From a virus (lineage: Duplodnaviria > Caudoviricetes), in the IMG/VR virus record IMGVR_UViG_3300035158_000483, positions 1-52,585 of that record: DNA of 52,585 nt; one strand, given 5' to 3'. Below are positions 1 through 10,600 of the stretch, in pieces (within the stretch, counting starts at the first letter, position 1; every line of letters begins with the position of its first letter). The notes below the pieces were generated by a model. It had not been told where the DNA came from and did no database searches. It worked only from the letters and a program-made list of their open reading frames with translations. The position numbers and the translations under genes were made by a program.

Positions 1-2566
1 CAGCGTACCACTGCGGTGTTGTGCTAGAGGAGTTGTAGCCAGCAATGCGCCCGATCCCGCCATCATTCCAGATACGGGTGCCGGTGAAGTCCGTACCCAC
101 AGTGCCCGTACCCTGCCTCAACTCCCCACTGGTCCCGATCGTCAAGACACCAGCGATGTAAGATTCCAGCCCGAAGCGGATGATCTGTGTGTTGGTACTG
201 TCATAGAGCTGGATACCTGTCGCAGAACTGTAAGTCAACCTTGCGCCGGCGCTCTCCCCAACCCACAGGGTGTCACCATAGAACGCGGTCTGCGTGCCTG
301 AACTGTCGTAGATCCCCAGGCCGGTTGAGGTTAACTGGACTATCGGTTCTCCTGCTCTCCCAAGCGTGATGTCGTTGGCATACTCCGCGTACATATCGCC
401 GCTTGGATCGTAGAACCTGACGTATGAAGGGTCGTGAAGGCTGTAGGCGCCACCGGCCGTATTGCCCAAGTAGATCTGATCTTCCCAGAACGTTAGATAC
501 GGAGTAGTGTCGTTCAGCAACGACAACGATATCCCGTTAACCATCAGGTGCTCGGCATCTTCTGGCCCTACTCGGAAGCTGCCAGAGGTTAGCTTGGCAG
601 CAGGCCCCTCGAAGGTAAAGTTGGTTCCATCAAACTTTGCGTATTCGTCTGCTCCATCTCCCGCGTAGAACCTGCCCGTTGAGTCTCCGCTATTGTACTC
701 AAGCTGAACGCCAGCACTGCCGTAAGCGTTGCTCTCGATAGCAATGCGCTCGTTGTCTGCGTCTAGCCAGATGTTGGACTGGTAAAGTGCCGTGGCCGAG
801 ATGTTCCAGCCGCCGATCTCCCCTGACTCTGCTGTGACCTTCCCGCTAATCTCAAGGCCATCGTCGGGGTCCCAAGTCAGGTATTCTCCGCCCGAGTAGT
901 CACCGAGGCCAATACCGTAGGTGAGCGTGCTGTACGGCCCCCAACCATTCAGGTCGCCCAACCGGACAACCTCTGTGTTAGCATCCCAGGTCGCGCCCTG
1001 CGTGACAACGGACATACGAGGCCCTGCTGTCTGCGCGTCGAACTCGATGCGGCCATCACCAGAGGTCCCCAGGATGACGTAAGCGTGACCTTCCGGCCAG
1101 TCATCCGCACCAGTGCCATCCAAGTCGCGTATTACGTTGTACTCGGTCCCCGCAACCTGACTGTCAACCTTGATATACTCTGTGTTGCCGTTGCCTCTCA
1201 GCAGTACGATGGCGTAGCGTGTCATCGCCTGCCCGAAGTCAATGGTTGTGTCCGCAGCACCGACATCTGAGGGCAGGGTGCCCGATCCGTGCGGCACCAT
1301 CCAGTAACCGCCTGTCACCTGGACGCTGTTCTCGACCCACCGCAAGGTATCTACCTCCGAGACCCACAGCTGGCGGTAGAGGTAGCTGGATGTGCCCAGG
1401 TCGTAAGCATTGTTGGTCTTGGGCCTCACCAGGACGGTTCTGAGCGTGCCCTCCACGTAGAGCTTGTCCAGGGTCAGCTCCCCTGATGCGTTAGATCGGA
1501 GCAACACATTGGGCGTTGTTGCGGCGTCCGAGGTCATCTCGATGTTACCGTAGTGGACGTTGACTGGCTGGCTCTGCGTCCAGTCAATGTGTTCCTGGGG
1601 GACGAAGTTGGTCGTCTCGTTGTGATCCACGTCGCTGTGTTGCAAGGAGATTGTACGGCTCGCCGTGATGTCTCCCCCACCACTGAGGATGCCACCAGAT
1701 AAGATTAAGACTCCGCTGTGGGCTATATGCCTGTCTGCATCGTAATTCAGCGTCTGGTTGTGATCTACATCGCTGTGCGCCAGGGAGATCGCCCTGCTGG
1801 CCGTGATATCACCCCCTCCTGAGAGGATACCACCAGCCGAGATGGACACGCCGGAATGAGCAATGTGCTCGTCCCCCACGTAGTTCAGGAGTGAGTTGTG
1901 ATCCACGCCCCCAGGAATGACGACCGCTGTGATTTCCGGGCCGGAATCAGTGTAGGTGAAGTCAATCGAGCCAGAATCCACCAGGATGGTGCCCACAGCA
2001 TCCTGAGCCTCCTCGTCCGAGTAGGTTGATCCAGTCAGGCCAAGCTCTGCGTAGGTGTAGCTGTACTGCGTGATGGCTGCCTTGGCGATGTTCTCGTCGG
2101 CCACCGGATGCGTCTGAGGTAAGGCCCAATCCCTGTGCTCTGCGGCCACGAATCCGAGCAGATTGTCGTGGTTGATCTCGTCTGTGCCACCGCTTTCGTG
2201 GTATGAGGCGTGTGCCTTGGGCGCGTGCAGATCCGATCCGGAGAGACCAGCGTGCCAGGGGGCTGCGTCCGTGTGGAAGCTCATTGTGTGCGGCGTCATC
2301 CCGCCCCCAGCACCCGCACCGCCCGTCACTGACACGCGCCGCGGGCCTGAGCCAGAGACCGTGGAGTAGGCGTACAACCGCCCATCCTGCTCACGTAGAA
2401 TGACCGAGTGACCAGATCGCATTTGCTGCACGCCACCTACAACCGGTAGGCCGCGTAGCAGTTTGGGGCTGCCGCCCACCTGCACGTCAACGGTGTCACC
2501 GTGGACGTTGATGACGGTAGCTGTGCGAAGAGTCCGGTCAACACGCGGGTTTATCTCTTGTCTCAT
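1..2566 (-). CDS. Tail fibre/spike-like protein, at least 855 aa, running off the left edge (absent from the ORF track)
   Basis: Hand translation from ATG 2566 (ATGA overlap with the upstream stop) gives MRQEINPRVDRTLRTATVINVHGDTVDVQVGG...WNDGGIGRIAGYNSSSTTPQWYA with no stop. It is Gly/Ser/Thr/Asp-rich, has internal 46-aa His-rich repeats and lies at the distal end of the tail module. Confidence 0.75.
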   Translation of the reverse strand, partial: MRQEINPRVDRTLRTATVINVHGDTVDVQVGGSPKLLRGLPVVGGVQQMRSGHSVILREQDGRLYAYSTVSGSGPRRVSVTGGAGAGGGMTPHTMSFHTDAAPWHAGLSGSDLHAPKAHASYHESGGTDEINHDNLLGFVAAEHRDWALPQTHPVADENIAKAAITQYSYTYAELGLTGSTYSDEEAQDAVGTILVDSGSIDFTYTDSGPEITAVVIPGGVDHNSLLNYVGDEHIAHSGVSISAGGILSGGGDITASRAISLAHSDVDHNQTLNYDADRHIAHSGVLILSGGILSGGGDITASRTISLQHSDVDHNETTNFVPQEHIDWTQSQPVNVHYGNIEMTSDAATTPNVLLRSNASGELTLDKLYVEGTLRTVLVRPKTNNAYDLGTSSYLYRQLWVSEVDTLRWVENSVQVTGGYWMVPHGSGTLPSDVGAADTTIDFGQAMTRYAIVLLRGNGNTEYIKVDSQVAGTEYNVIRDLDGTGADDWPEGHAYVILGTSGDGRIEFDAQTAGPRMSVVTQGATWDANTEVVRLGDLNGWGPYSTLTYGIGLGDYSGGEYLTWDPDDGLEISGKVTAESGEIGGWNISATALYQSNIWLDADNERIAIESNAYGSAGVQLEYNSGDSTGRFYAGDGADEYAKFDGTNFTFEGPAAKLTSGSFRVGPEDAEHLMVNGISLSLLNDTTPYLTFWEDQIYLGNTAGGAYSLHDPSYVRFYDPSGDMYAEYANDITLGRAGEPIVQLTSTGLGIYDSSGTQTAFYGDTLWVGESAGARLTYSSATGIQLYDSTNTQIIRFGLESYIAGVLTIGTSGELRQGTGTVGTDFTGTRIWNDGGIGRIAGYNSSSTTPQWYA
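1625..1906 (-). repeat. 138-nt (46-aa) tandem repeat in the tail fibre
   Basis: VDHN units start at 1906, 1768 and 1630, exactly 138 nt apart: VDHNSLLNYVGDEHIAHSGVSISAGGILSGGGDITASRAISLAHSD and VDHNQTLNYDADRHIAHSGVLILSGGILSGGGDITASRTISLQHSD. Confidence 0.9.
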
Positions 2567-5415
2567 ACGAACTCCCTCAGATCCGCCTTGGCCACCAGTT
2601 CGGCTCTCTTGAAGCTCATCTGTACGGAATGCACGATGTAGTTACTGTAGACCTCCGGGCCGCCGTCGTGAGGCGTGTAGCGCATCTCAAGCGCATCCTC
2701 CGGCTCCCAGTGCAGTTGAGCAGCCGACGTCGGCTGCCGTGATCCAGCCTGCGACACAGCATCACGCACCATCCTCTGAGCCTCTTTGTAGGCTTCCTCT
2801 TCTTCCAGGCTCGGACAGTGGTAGGCCACAAAGTTGAGGCCGTACCGCTGCGCAGCCTCGTGGTCGATGTAGTCGCAGATCTCGGCGCCGATGATCCGGA
2901 TGTGCGTCGGTATGCGGTCCGTCTGTGTAATCCCATCCTCGTAGATGGACAGGTGCGTGCCGCCGGCGGGGAACTCAGCATCGCCGGCGCGGTGATCCGT
3001 GAACGTGCCAAGCCAGTGCTCCCATCCACTCAACTCCTCCTCGTCGTACTTGAGGGAAGCGTAACCGAAGCGGAGCACTGGCATCGCCTCGCGGTTGCCG
3101 CCCCCATCGGTCACGTACCGGACTGTACTGATGAACTTGATCCTCCTGTCCTCAATCGCGCGTTTCAGGCCGGCCAGGGCGCTGTTTCGGGAGTCTAAGA
3201 TCGTACTGTCCTTGAGCGCCCATAGCTGTGGCTGCGTGACGCGAATGTTGTCGGGGTCGTGGTCGCCGGTGCGAATGCACACGTAGCCGGCCTTGAGCAG
3301 CGCATCCTCCCATCCGTCTGTGTCGTAGCCGTAGACCGGGCCGCAGGCCAAGGTCTGCGCCTGGGCACCGTTGATGTAGGCGGTCACAAAGCGTTCGTGA
3401 GCAACAACGCGCACCGTCTTGCCGAGCATTGATTCGTCCAGCACGGCTTCATCTACCTTGACCCAACCAGAGGTGTCCTGACTCGTCTGCCAGAGCTGCA
3501 CCTTGGGTGTACCGGATACGTTGATGTAGTTGAATGCCAGTGCGGAGACCCCGGATAGTGATGTCCAGTCGCTGACTGACTTGGAACTGACTCGGAAGAT
3601 CACCTGGAATGTGTCATCATCGCCCCACTGGTCCAGCTCCTGGTGTAGCTCGAACGTCAGGTAGAAGTTTTTGACGTACAGGTCCTCGCCATCCACCGTG
3701 GGTATCCAGACGGTATCCCACTCGTTAAACGTGAACTCAGGGACGGTATAGTCCACGGACAGGGCTGTGTCGAAGTCGAGCACGCCGGCCTTGGCCGCGA
3801 TGTCCTTGAGCACCCATTCGAGCGTCTTGTCGTGCTCGTCGTCATAGGCCCACACGCCCTTGAGGACGATCTGATCGTTGTTGTGCTGCCGGACGGTCGT
3901 GCCGCGAGGATGGTCTTCCCCCTTGTCGCTCATTCCGCTACCGCGACTAGACACTTTGAACCCAGGTATCAGGAAGAAGTAGGATGCTCCCACATTGCCA
4001 CCGGACGAGGGCGTCAACGCATCCCAGTCCTCTTCTTTGCAATGACCGATTGTGATCTTGTCTACCCCGCCATCTACTGTCCAGGCAGTAATCTCTTCGG
4101 TAACTCCCAATCCGCCGCCGTCCATCACGCACAAGAGCCAACCGTACCCATCACCATCATTGCTCCAGTTAGAACCAGCAGTCTCTCGGGCAGATTCAGT
4201 CTGGCTTTTGAGGACCTGTCCGGAGACACGCTCTGTCATCATTGAGTAGTGCGAACGCCAATCGCTTTGGGTGACCTGCTCAAGCTCCATCTCCTCCTCA
4301 CCCATATGCAAGGGGGCACCGCCTTCCTCGAACCATTCGTAAGTGTCCTTGTTGGAAAAGCCGGAAGCCTCACCGTGATCGTCCGGCTCCGAGTCGTAGC
4401 TGTCCCAAGGCCCTTCGGTTTCGTCCGGCCACTGCCCCAGGTCCCGCGCTAGATGCCTCTCAGCAGCTCGGACGTGCATCACCTTGGTTTCCGGGACGGA
4501 AATGTTGCAGATGATCCCCACCTTGCCCCGATCGAAGCTCCAACCGCTGTACGCTTCGTCACCGTGGCGCACCATCTTGTGGGGTTGTCCCCACATATGC
4601 TCCAGTCTCGCCAGCTCTGTTCGCGTGGGCGAACCTGAGCTTGCGAAGTGGAACACGGTGGCAATCAACTGGCGACCGCGACGCTTCAGCTTCACCTCGA
4701 ACAGCTCGCCGTGCTTGAGGTTTGAGGTGTCAGACAAAGCCACAGACGCCAGCTCATACCACTTGTTGTTGTCGGCCTTCCCGTATCCGCTGGCGTTCCA
4801 GTCCTCGGCGCCGCGATAGAGCAGGTACAGCTTGCCAGTCACCGCGTCCACCCAGGCCGCGATGACGTTGTACTGGTCGAAGCCACAGCCGACGACGCCG
4901 AAGCCGTGCCCCAGGCGCTGAGGGCCGTGTGTGGGGGAGAGATCGTAGCCCATCCCGAACATCGCCCCACCAGCATCGTTCTCCGGCATAAACCGCGCCT
5001 TGACCGCGAAGTCCTTAGCGTCGAAGGGCTGTGTGGCGAAGGCAATCAGCGGCTTGTTGTAGGTCGCGAAAATCTGCCGGTTGTCCTCTAGCTCCTCTAT
5101 CTCGGTCTGGTCGATCTGCGCGGTCTCACCGTCCTCGCCCTCTACGGTGATCTGCCCCGCACTGACTGAGTACAGCTTGTCCACGAGGCCCAGGTTGTCA
5201 TCGTAGTGCTTGATCTGCGACAGCCACTGCCAGTCCTGGGAGCTGGCCCAGTCCCTGAGCATCCTCCAGATGATGTCCCTGCTCTTGAAGGAGAACTCGC
5301 GTGCTCCTGGTGCGTAGCGTGTGGGGATGGAGTCTATGGCCTCTACGGAGATGATGTCCATCTGCCCGTTGTATCCAGCCTTGCGCCAGAGCCATAGGCC
5401 GGGGAAGATCGCCAT
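2563..5415 (-). CDS. Large minor tail/baseplate protein (950 aa), probably the C-terminal part of a gene split by one in-frame TAA
   Basis: Acidic, Trp/Gly-rich, beta-type composition; located downstream of the tape measure; in frame with 5485..7227. Confidence 0.65.
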   Translation of the reverse strand: MAIFPGLWLWRKAGYNGQMDIISVEAIDSIPTRYAPGAREFSFKSRDIIWRMLRDWASSQDWQWLSQIKHYDDNLGLVDKLYSVSAGQITVEGEDGETAQIDQTEIEELEDNRQIFATYNKPLIAFATQPFDAKDFAVKARFMPENDAGGAMFGMGYDLSPTHGPQRLGHGFGVVGCGFDQYNVIAAWVDAVTGKLYLLYRGAEDWNASGYGKADNNKWYELASVALSDTSNLKHGELFEVKLKRRGRQLIATVFHFASSGSPTRTELARLEHMWGQPHKMVRHGDEAYSGWSFDRGKVGIICNISVPETKVMHVRAAERHLARDLGQWPDETEGPWDSYDSEPDDHGEASGFSNKDTYEWFEEGGAPLHMGEEEMELEQVTQSDWRSHYSMMTERVSGQVLKSQTESARETAGSNWSNDGDGYGWLLCVMDGGGLGVTEEITAWTVDGGVDKITIGHCKEEDWDALTPSSGGNVGASYFFLIPGFKVSSRGSGMSDKGEDHPRGTTVRQHNNDQIVLKGVWAYDDEHDKTLEWVLKDIAAKAGVLDFDTALSVDYTVPEFTFNEWDTVWIPTVDGEDLYVKNFYLTFELHQELDQWGDDDTFQVIFRVSSKSVSDWTSLSGVSALAFNYINVSGTPKVQLWQTSQDTSGWVKVDEAVLDESMLGKTVRVVAHERFVTAYINGAQAQTLACGPVYGYDTDGWEDALLKAGYVCIRTGDHDPDNIRVTQPQLWALKDSTILDSRNSALAGLKRAIEDRRIKFISTVRYVTDGGGNREAMPVLRFGYASLKYDEEELSGWEHWLGTFTDHRAGDAEFPAGGTHLSIYEDGITQTDRIPTHIRIIGAEICDYIDHEAAQRYGLNFVAYHCPSLEEEEAYKEAQRMVRDAVSQAGSRQPTSAAQLHWEPEDALEMRYTPHDGGPEVYSNYIVHSVQMSFKRAELVAKADLREFV

Positions 5416-5484
5416 ATCTCCATCGGCGTCCAGGTAACGGCCCAGGTAGCCCGTGCTCTCAGTGACTGGGTAGTGCTTGCCGTG

Positions 5485-7227
5485 TTATGCGGCCACCTTG
5501 GTTGTACCGCTGTTCTCGCTGCTCGCCGGCGAGAGGTTCCACGTCCACGATAGCAGGTCTAGGTCCGGCTTGATCTCCCTGATGATGTCGTCGTAGTGCC
5601 CGTCACCGATGAACCGGTAGCCGCCCATCAGCCAGGTGCGATGACCCCGCATCACCGTGCTCCCGCCAGGGTAGTAGCAATACTCGCCGTAGACGATGAT
5701 CTTGGAGCGTTGCGAGTCCGAGCAGAGGTATGAGTAGCGGTCCAGGCTCCAATGCACGCCATCCTTGGACCGCAGCGCCACGTCGTGGGCCTGAGCGTAA
5801 GCACCGGTCGTCCCCCCTCGGGAGATGCGCCCTGTGGCCCACATCACGTCCTCACCGGAGATGTCGGGGATGAAGCTCAGGTTGGAGATGCGAATGTAGT
5901 TGTGATCGTCCACGATGTCCAAGGGGACGATGGGCTTCGGGTCCGACCACACGCCGTCCTTATAGTTGATAATCAGGGGGAGACCGTTGGTGCGCGAGTT
6001 GACGACAATCACGTCGTGGTCACCCATCGTCTCGGCGTCGAACCACTGCAGGGCCGAGGCGTTGTAGTCCTCGTCCACCGGTATCTCGTGGGGACAGGGC
6101 TCGACTACGCGAGCCGCGTGGTTGATCCGGATGGTGATCGTGTCCACCTCTGCGACGCCATTGGTGATCTCGGCCAGGACCTGCAGGCGCACTCCGAAGA
6201 AGGAGCTGTTGACGATCTCAGGCGTGAAGGTGCCCTGCCACGTCCCATCACCTACAGGATCATCGAAGGTCAACGTCGTCTCCGTGTCCCATACGGCCCC
6301 ACCACTGGCCCCTGTGCCGATCTGGCCACCAACCCCGATGAAGTGTAGGTCTGACACGGTGATGCTCTGACCGGATCCCTTGCATTCGATCTCAACGCGC
6401 AGACTGGTGATGAAGTGATCCGAAGGGATGGAGAAGCCGAAGTCGGTCACTTCCAGGTAGTCACTGGCCTGAGTGCTCATATCTGGTGTCATACTCGCTG
6501 AGGCATAAGCGTCGTCCGAGCCGTACGTGTTCCCCACGTTCGTCCAGGCCGGCGTGTCCCCACCTGGATCAACGTTGGCGGCCGCTGATGGTGTGGCCGA
6601 GCTGGATGTTTCGTTGACGTGATCGTAGGTGATCTTTTTGAGCTGCAGGTACTTGAACGGGTCGTGCTCGTGCAGAGTTAGTTGGTACAGGTTACGCCAT
6701 CCCGCCGGCGCGAAGGCCACCTTGTCATCGCCCACCCCGTAGGTGTTGCCGAAGCTCTCCCCGCCAGTCAGATTCGTGCCCACCACGTCGTGGGTATACA
6801 CGTTGCCGCCGAGACCGTAGAACATTCGGACCCCGTTGCGCCAGGGCAGCCAGACCAACCCCATCCTCTGAGGAACCGAGGGGTAGAGGCCGCTCTGCCC
6901 ATACTCCCAGGACCAGAAGTTGGAGTTGGCTCCATCGCCCGTTTCCCAGGCCGTGTCCATATAGAAGCCCTGAACAGCATGCAGGTAGTATTTGCCGTTG
7001 ACATCATCGGCCCACACACGGTAGACGTTGTATGAGTCGGATTCGATGTCGAACGGACACTGCGCCACGCCGTCTGCATCGTACAGGGCAGGGAAGCCGG
7101 GTGCCCAGGCCGCGGTCTGCCAGTCTTGATCCAGGCGTATCTGCACGTCGCGTAGGACAATCTCGCTGTCGGGCTCGCGCACCGACTTAGCTTGTTCGGT
7201 CAGGACCTCTGATCGTATGTCTTTCAT
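5485..7227 (-). CDS. Minor tail protein (about 580 aa), possible N-terminal part of the split gene
   Basis: ATG 7227 (MKDIRSEV) overlaps the TGA of 7224..7631. Contains an Asp-box-like ALRSKDGVHWS. Confidence 0.65.
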   Translation of the reverse strand: MKDIRSEVLTEQAKSVREPDSEIVLRDVQIRLDQDWQTAAWAPGFPALYDADGVAQCPFDIESDSYNVYRVWADDVNGKYYLHAVQGFYMDTAWETGDGANSNFWSWEYGQSGLYPSVPQRMGLVWLPWRNGVRMFYGLGGNVYTHDVVGTNLTGGESFGNTYGVGDDKVAFAPAGWRNLYQLTLHEHDPFKYLQLKKITYDHVNETSSSATPSAAANVDPGGDTPAWTNVGNTYGSDDAYASASMTPDMSTQASDYLEVTDFGFSIPSDHFITSLRVEIECKGSGQSITVSDLHFIGVGGQIGTGASGGAVWDTETTLTFDDPVGDGTWQGTFTPEIVNSSFFGVRLQVLAEITNGVAEVDTITIRINHAARVVEPCPHEIPVDEDYNASALQWFDAETMGDHDVIVVNSRTNGLPLIINYKDGVWSDPKPIVPLDIVDDHNYIRISNLSFIPDISGEDVMWATGRISRGGTTGAYAQAHDVALRSKDGVHWSLDRYSYLCSDSQRSKIIVYGEYCYYPGGSTVMRGHRTWLMGGYRFIGDGHYDDIIREIKPDLDLLSWTWNLSPASSENSGTTKVAA

Positions 7228-7631
7228 ACCGCTACGAGCTCCACTTCGGCCCAAAAGACGGCATTGGTGCCGGATAGCATCGGGGATCGGTTCTCAAACT
7301 TCAAGTCCCCAACGAATACCACGTTGTGTGTCTTGCTGTCGTCCGTCTCGGTCAGCGTGAGCACGTTGTTGGGCGGGTTTCCGAGACGGAAGATCGCCTC
7401 CAGATCGGCCTTGGTGCCATAGCTGCCGCCATCCGGATCGGTCTCGTAGACCTTCAGCAGATACTTGAAGCGGTCAAGGACCGGCGCCGATTGCACATCA
7501 ATATGGCCAGTGACCGTCACCCTCACCGTGCTCTTCTTCTCGATGATCGGTCTGTGGCCCTGAGACAGGACCCGGAAGTGCTTCGGGTCTTTGGTCGGTG
7601 CGTCTAGTGTGATGTAGCCGTTGATCGCCAT
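7224..7631 (-). CDS. Distal tail-like protein (135 aa)
   Basis: Short ORF immediately after the tape measure, translationally coupled on both sides; call is by synteny. Confidence 0.5.
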   Translation of the reverse strand: MAINGYITLDAPTKDPKHFRVLSQGHRPIIEKKSTVRVTVTGHIDVQSAPVLDRFKYLLKVYETDPDGGSYGTKADLEAIFRLGNPPNNVLTLTETDDSKTHNVVFVGDLKFENRSPMLSGTNAVFWAEVELVAV

Positions 7632-10600
7632 TAGTAGGGTAGCCCCCCTTCACGCGGTGGCAGACCACTTGGCGTGTTGTAGTTGTCCAGGATCGCCCCG
7701 GCCTCTTGCAGCAATTCCACGAGTCCGTCGATGATCTCGTTGTTGAAGTCGGTGGCCATCGTCGCGATAGAGCGTTGGATATTGGTGTAGCGTTCTTGGA
7801 GTTCGCGCATCGCTTCAGCGTGCGCCGCGGACAAACCAGCCTGCCGCTCTTGGAACTCCAACTGCTCCGCCTGGTGCTCGCGCTGCAGGGTCGTGATCTT
7901 CTGCTGATGCTCGTACTCCTCCTGATAGGCCGCCTTCCGCTCCTCTAGCTGCTTCATTCGCAGGGCGTGGGACTCCTGCGCCTGGGAGACACGTAGGGCG
8001 TGCGACTCCTTGGCGTGCTCCTCGCGCATATCGAACTGCTCCAGGCGCAGTTCGTGGAGTTTCTGGTTACGCTCCTTGAGCTCCTCCAGGTTCTCCTTCT
8101 TGCGCTCGAAGTCCTCTTCTTCCCACTCACGGCGTTGCTCCATTCGATCTTTCTCTTCCTGCAGATCCGTGGTCTCCCACTTGCGCCGTACGACGTCGCG
8201 CTCCCGTTGCCGCATCAGCCGCTCACGCTGGTAGCCAGTGGCCCGACGAATGTTCTCGTCGTAGTCCTCCATTCTCCAACCGAACTCGATGGCGGAGCGC
8301 CCGAATTGCTGGTGCCAGTCCTGCATCTTCCAGCCGTAGACCGTCGCGGCGCGCTCGCGCTGTCTTTCCAGATCCTCGAACTTGTCCTCCATATCCTCTT
8401 GTTGGAAGCCCCAACGGGCCATATACATTCGCCTGCTGAGGCCCGTGCTCTCCAGGGTGTGTCGCAAGCTCAGGCCAGCGCTTGCCATCGTGTGCGCCAG
8501 CGACATATTGGCTTGCTGTGCTGAGAAGTTGAAGGCTCCAGTGTAGGCCCTGCCGCTGATCGGGCTGATACCGCCCATCTGCTGCACGTAGTTGAATCGC
8601 CTGCTCACGTCTTGCAGGCCCCACAGACTGTCGGGGCCTGGAGCGGTGGGCGTACCGCCGCCCCAAAGATATCGTCTCTGAGCAGCGATACGCTCCATCT
8701 GCAGGCCGGCTTGGGCCTGGGAATAGCGCGTGTTCTCAGCCGTCATCGCATCCTGGAGGCCCCACAGCGTGTTCATCCCCCAACCGCCGACGTAGTTGCC
8801 GTTGGCTCGTGCCTGAGTCAGCCGCTGCTGCGTCGCCCGTAGGGCTGATCCCCAAGAGGAGATGCTCATACCGCCGAATCCGGGCGTCGGGGCAATCTGG
8901 CCGATCATCCCGATGGCGTTGTTGAGGGCTGTGCCGGAGACGACGGGCAAGCCGCCACTCGCAGCTGCCTCGAAGATCTCGGTACGCCCGACACCCAGGC
9001 GAGTGGCCGCACCCCACCGGCCGGCGATCTCCATACGGCGATTGACCTCAGCCATCTCCAAGCCCTTCATTTGCGAGTAGGCTTTCTGCCAGTCCGTGCC
9101 CAAGTAGCCCATCTGCCCCGCTTGCTGTGACCACCACCGAGGCCCTCGGCCAGTGATTGCGCCGGACTGGATCACGTCGCTTTCCAAGATTTCTCTTGGC
9201 GTCATCTGCCCCACAGCGCCAGGCGTCATCTCGTAATACTCACCGATCATCTCGGCTGCTCGCTCTGCTGTGACACCCTCGGGACGATAGGTCTTCGCAG
9301 CGTACTGGATAGAAGCTGCTCGTTCAGCGGCTGTCATACCTTGGAACCTGCCAGCCTTCAGACGCCTTCCCTTGTAGTACAGCCTGGTGCCTTCGGGGGT
9401 CAGACCGAGTACGTTGGGGTCCTGCATCATAGCGACACGCGGGTCATTCGGCGTCCCCCGGCCAACCTCTGTCGGTACGTCGGCCATTATCGCCCCACCG
9501 ATCCCGCCCATCCCGCCAGCCGTAGCACTCATATGCGTGAGGTTGTAGAACCACCCTCTGTCCTCTCTGGTGCCTGCGACCTGCGGTTGTCTGTAGTATT
9601 TCTCCGTGGCCACGCCGCGCTTGCCCTGAGCGAGATTGAGGGCCATCTGCTCCTGGTCGCCGCGCATACTCTTGATGTAGCTGTAGAGCCCATAGCCACC
9701 AGCGGCCAGCGCAACGGGGAGCCCAACGCCGGTGAAGGAGCCGCCGAGCATCGTGGCCAGCGTGCCAGCTACCGCCCCTGTGCCGAGGGCAGGGAGGCCA
9801 ACGCCAGCCGCCGCACCGCCTGTCTGAGTCGTTAGGAACTGTTGAATGTCACCGTAGGCGCGATAGGCAGCCCTGCCCATTGCAACCTGTCCAGCTTTCT
9901 TCTGAGCTTGCGCCTCCATCAGCCCCATTCCGATCCCGCTTACGGGAGCCGCGCTTACGGGCATCGTGGCCGCGGCCGCGCCCATCATCGTCTGTGCGCT
10001 CTCAGCCGCAACGGGGATATTGCCCATCGCGACGCCACCGGTCATTCCCCATAGCCGGCGCATCATCATCAGCCGCCAACCAGAGGTCAACTGCCCCATC
10101 ACCCTATCCACGCCCTTCATCGGCCCCTCGGCGCCGAAGAACGAGGTCTTGAACCACTCGCCAATGCCCCCGCTAGGAGCTGCCCCTTCCAGGCTACGCG
10201 CCCAGTCATCCTCGCTGGCCTGGATCATCTGCCGGTAGGCGTCCGAGCCTTTCAGCCGCATAGCCGCTGTCGCAAGGCCCACGTCGCCGGTCTCCTGCGC
10301 CTGCTCGAGGGCGCTTCCGGTCACGCTCTGGACCTCCCTGGCCAGGCGCTCTGTCCATTGCTTCTGCGCGTCGCTCAGCTCCTGGGTGTTCTTCACAGCA
10401 GGCCCGACCTGCTTGCCCCAGTCCTCCAGATGATCGGCAAGCGTGCGCATACGCTTGTTGAGAAGCTTCGTGTTGTCGACAACGCCATCCTCTGCTACGC
10501 CGACACCGGCTTCCTCGATCGCAGGTATCATCTGTGCAAGCGACGTCTGCCCGATACCGTGGACGCTGGTGACACCCTTCTTGGTAGCGAATCCAGACGC

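Noticed and set aside
1625-1906. Diversity-generating retroelement TR/VR pair
   Set aside because: These are in-frame tandem protein repeats, the differences are not adenine-specific, and no reverse transcriptase is present.
5485-5487. Genome-wide stop-codon reassignment
   Set aside because: TAA, TAG and TGA all end well-defined genes elsewhere, and only this one site looks interrupted.
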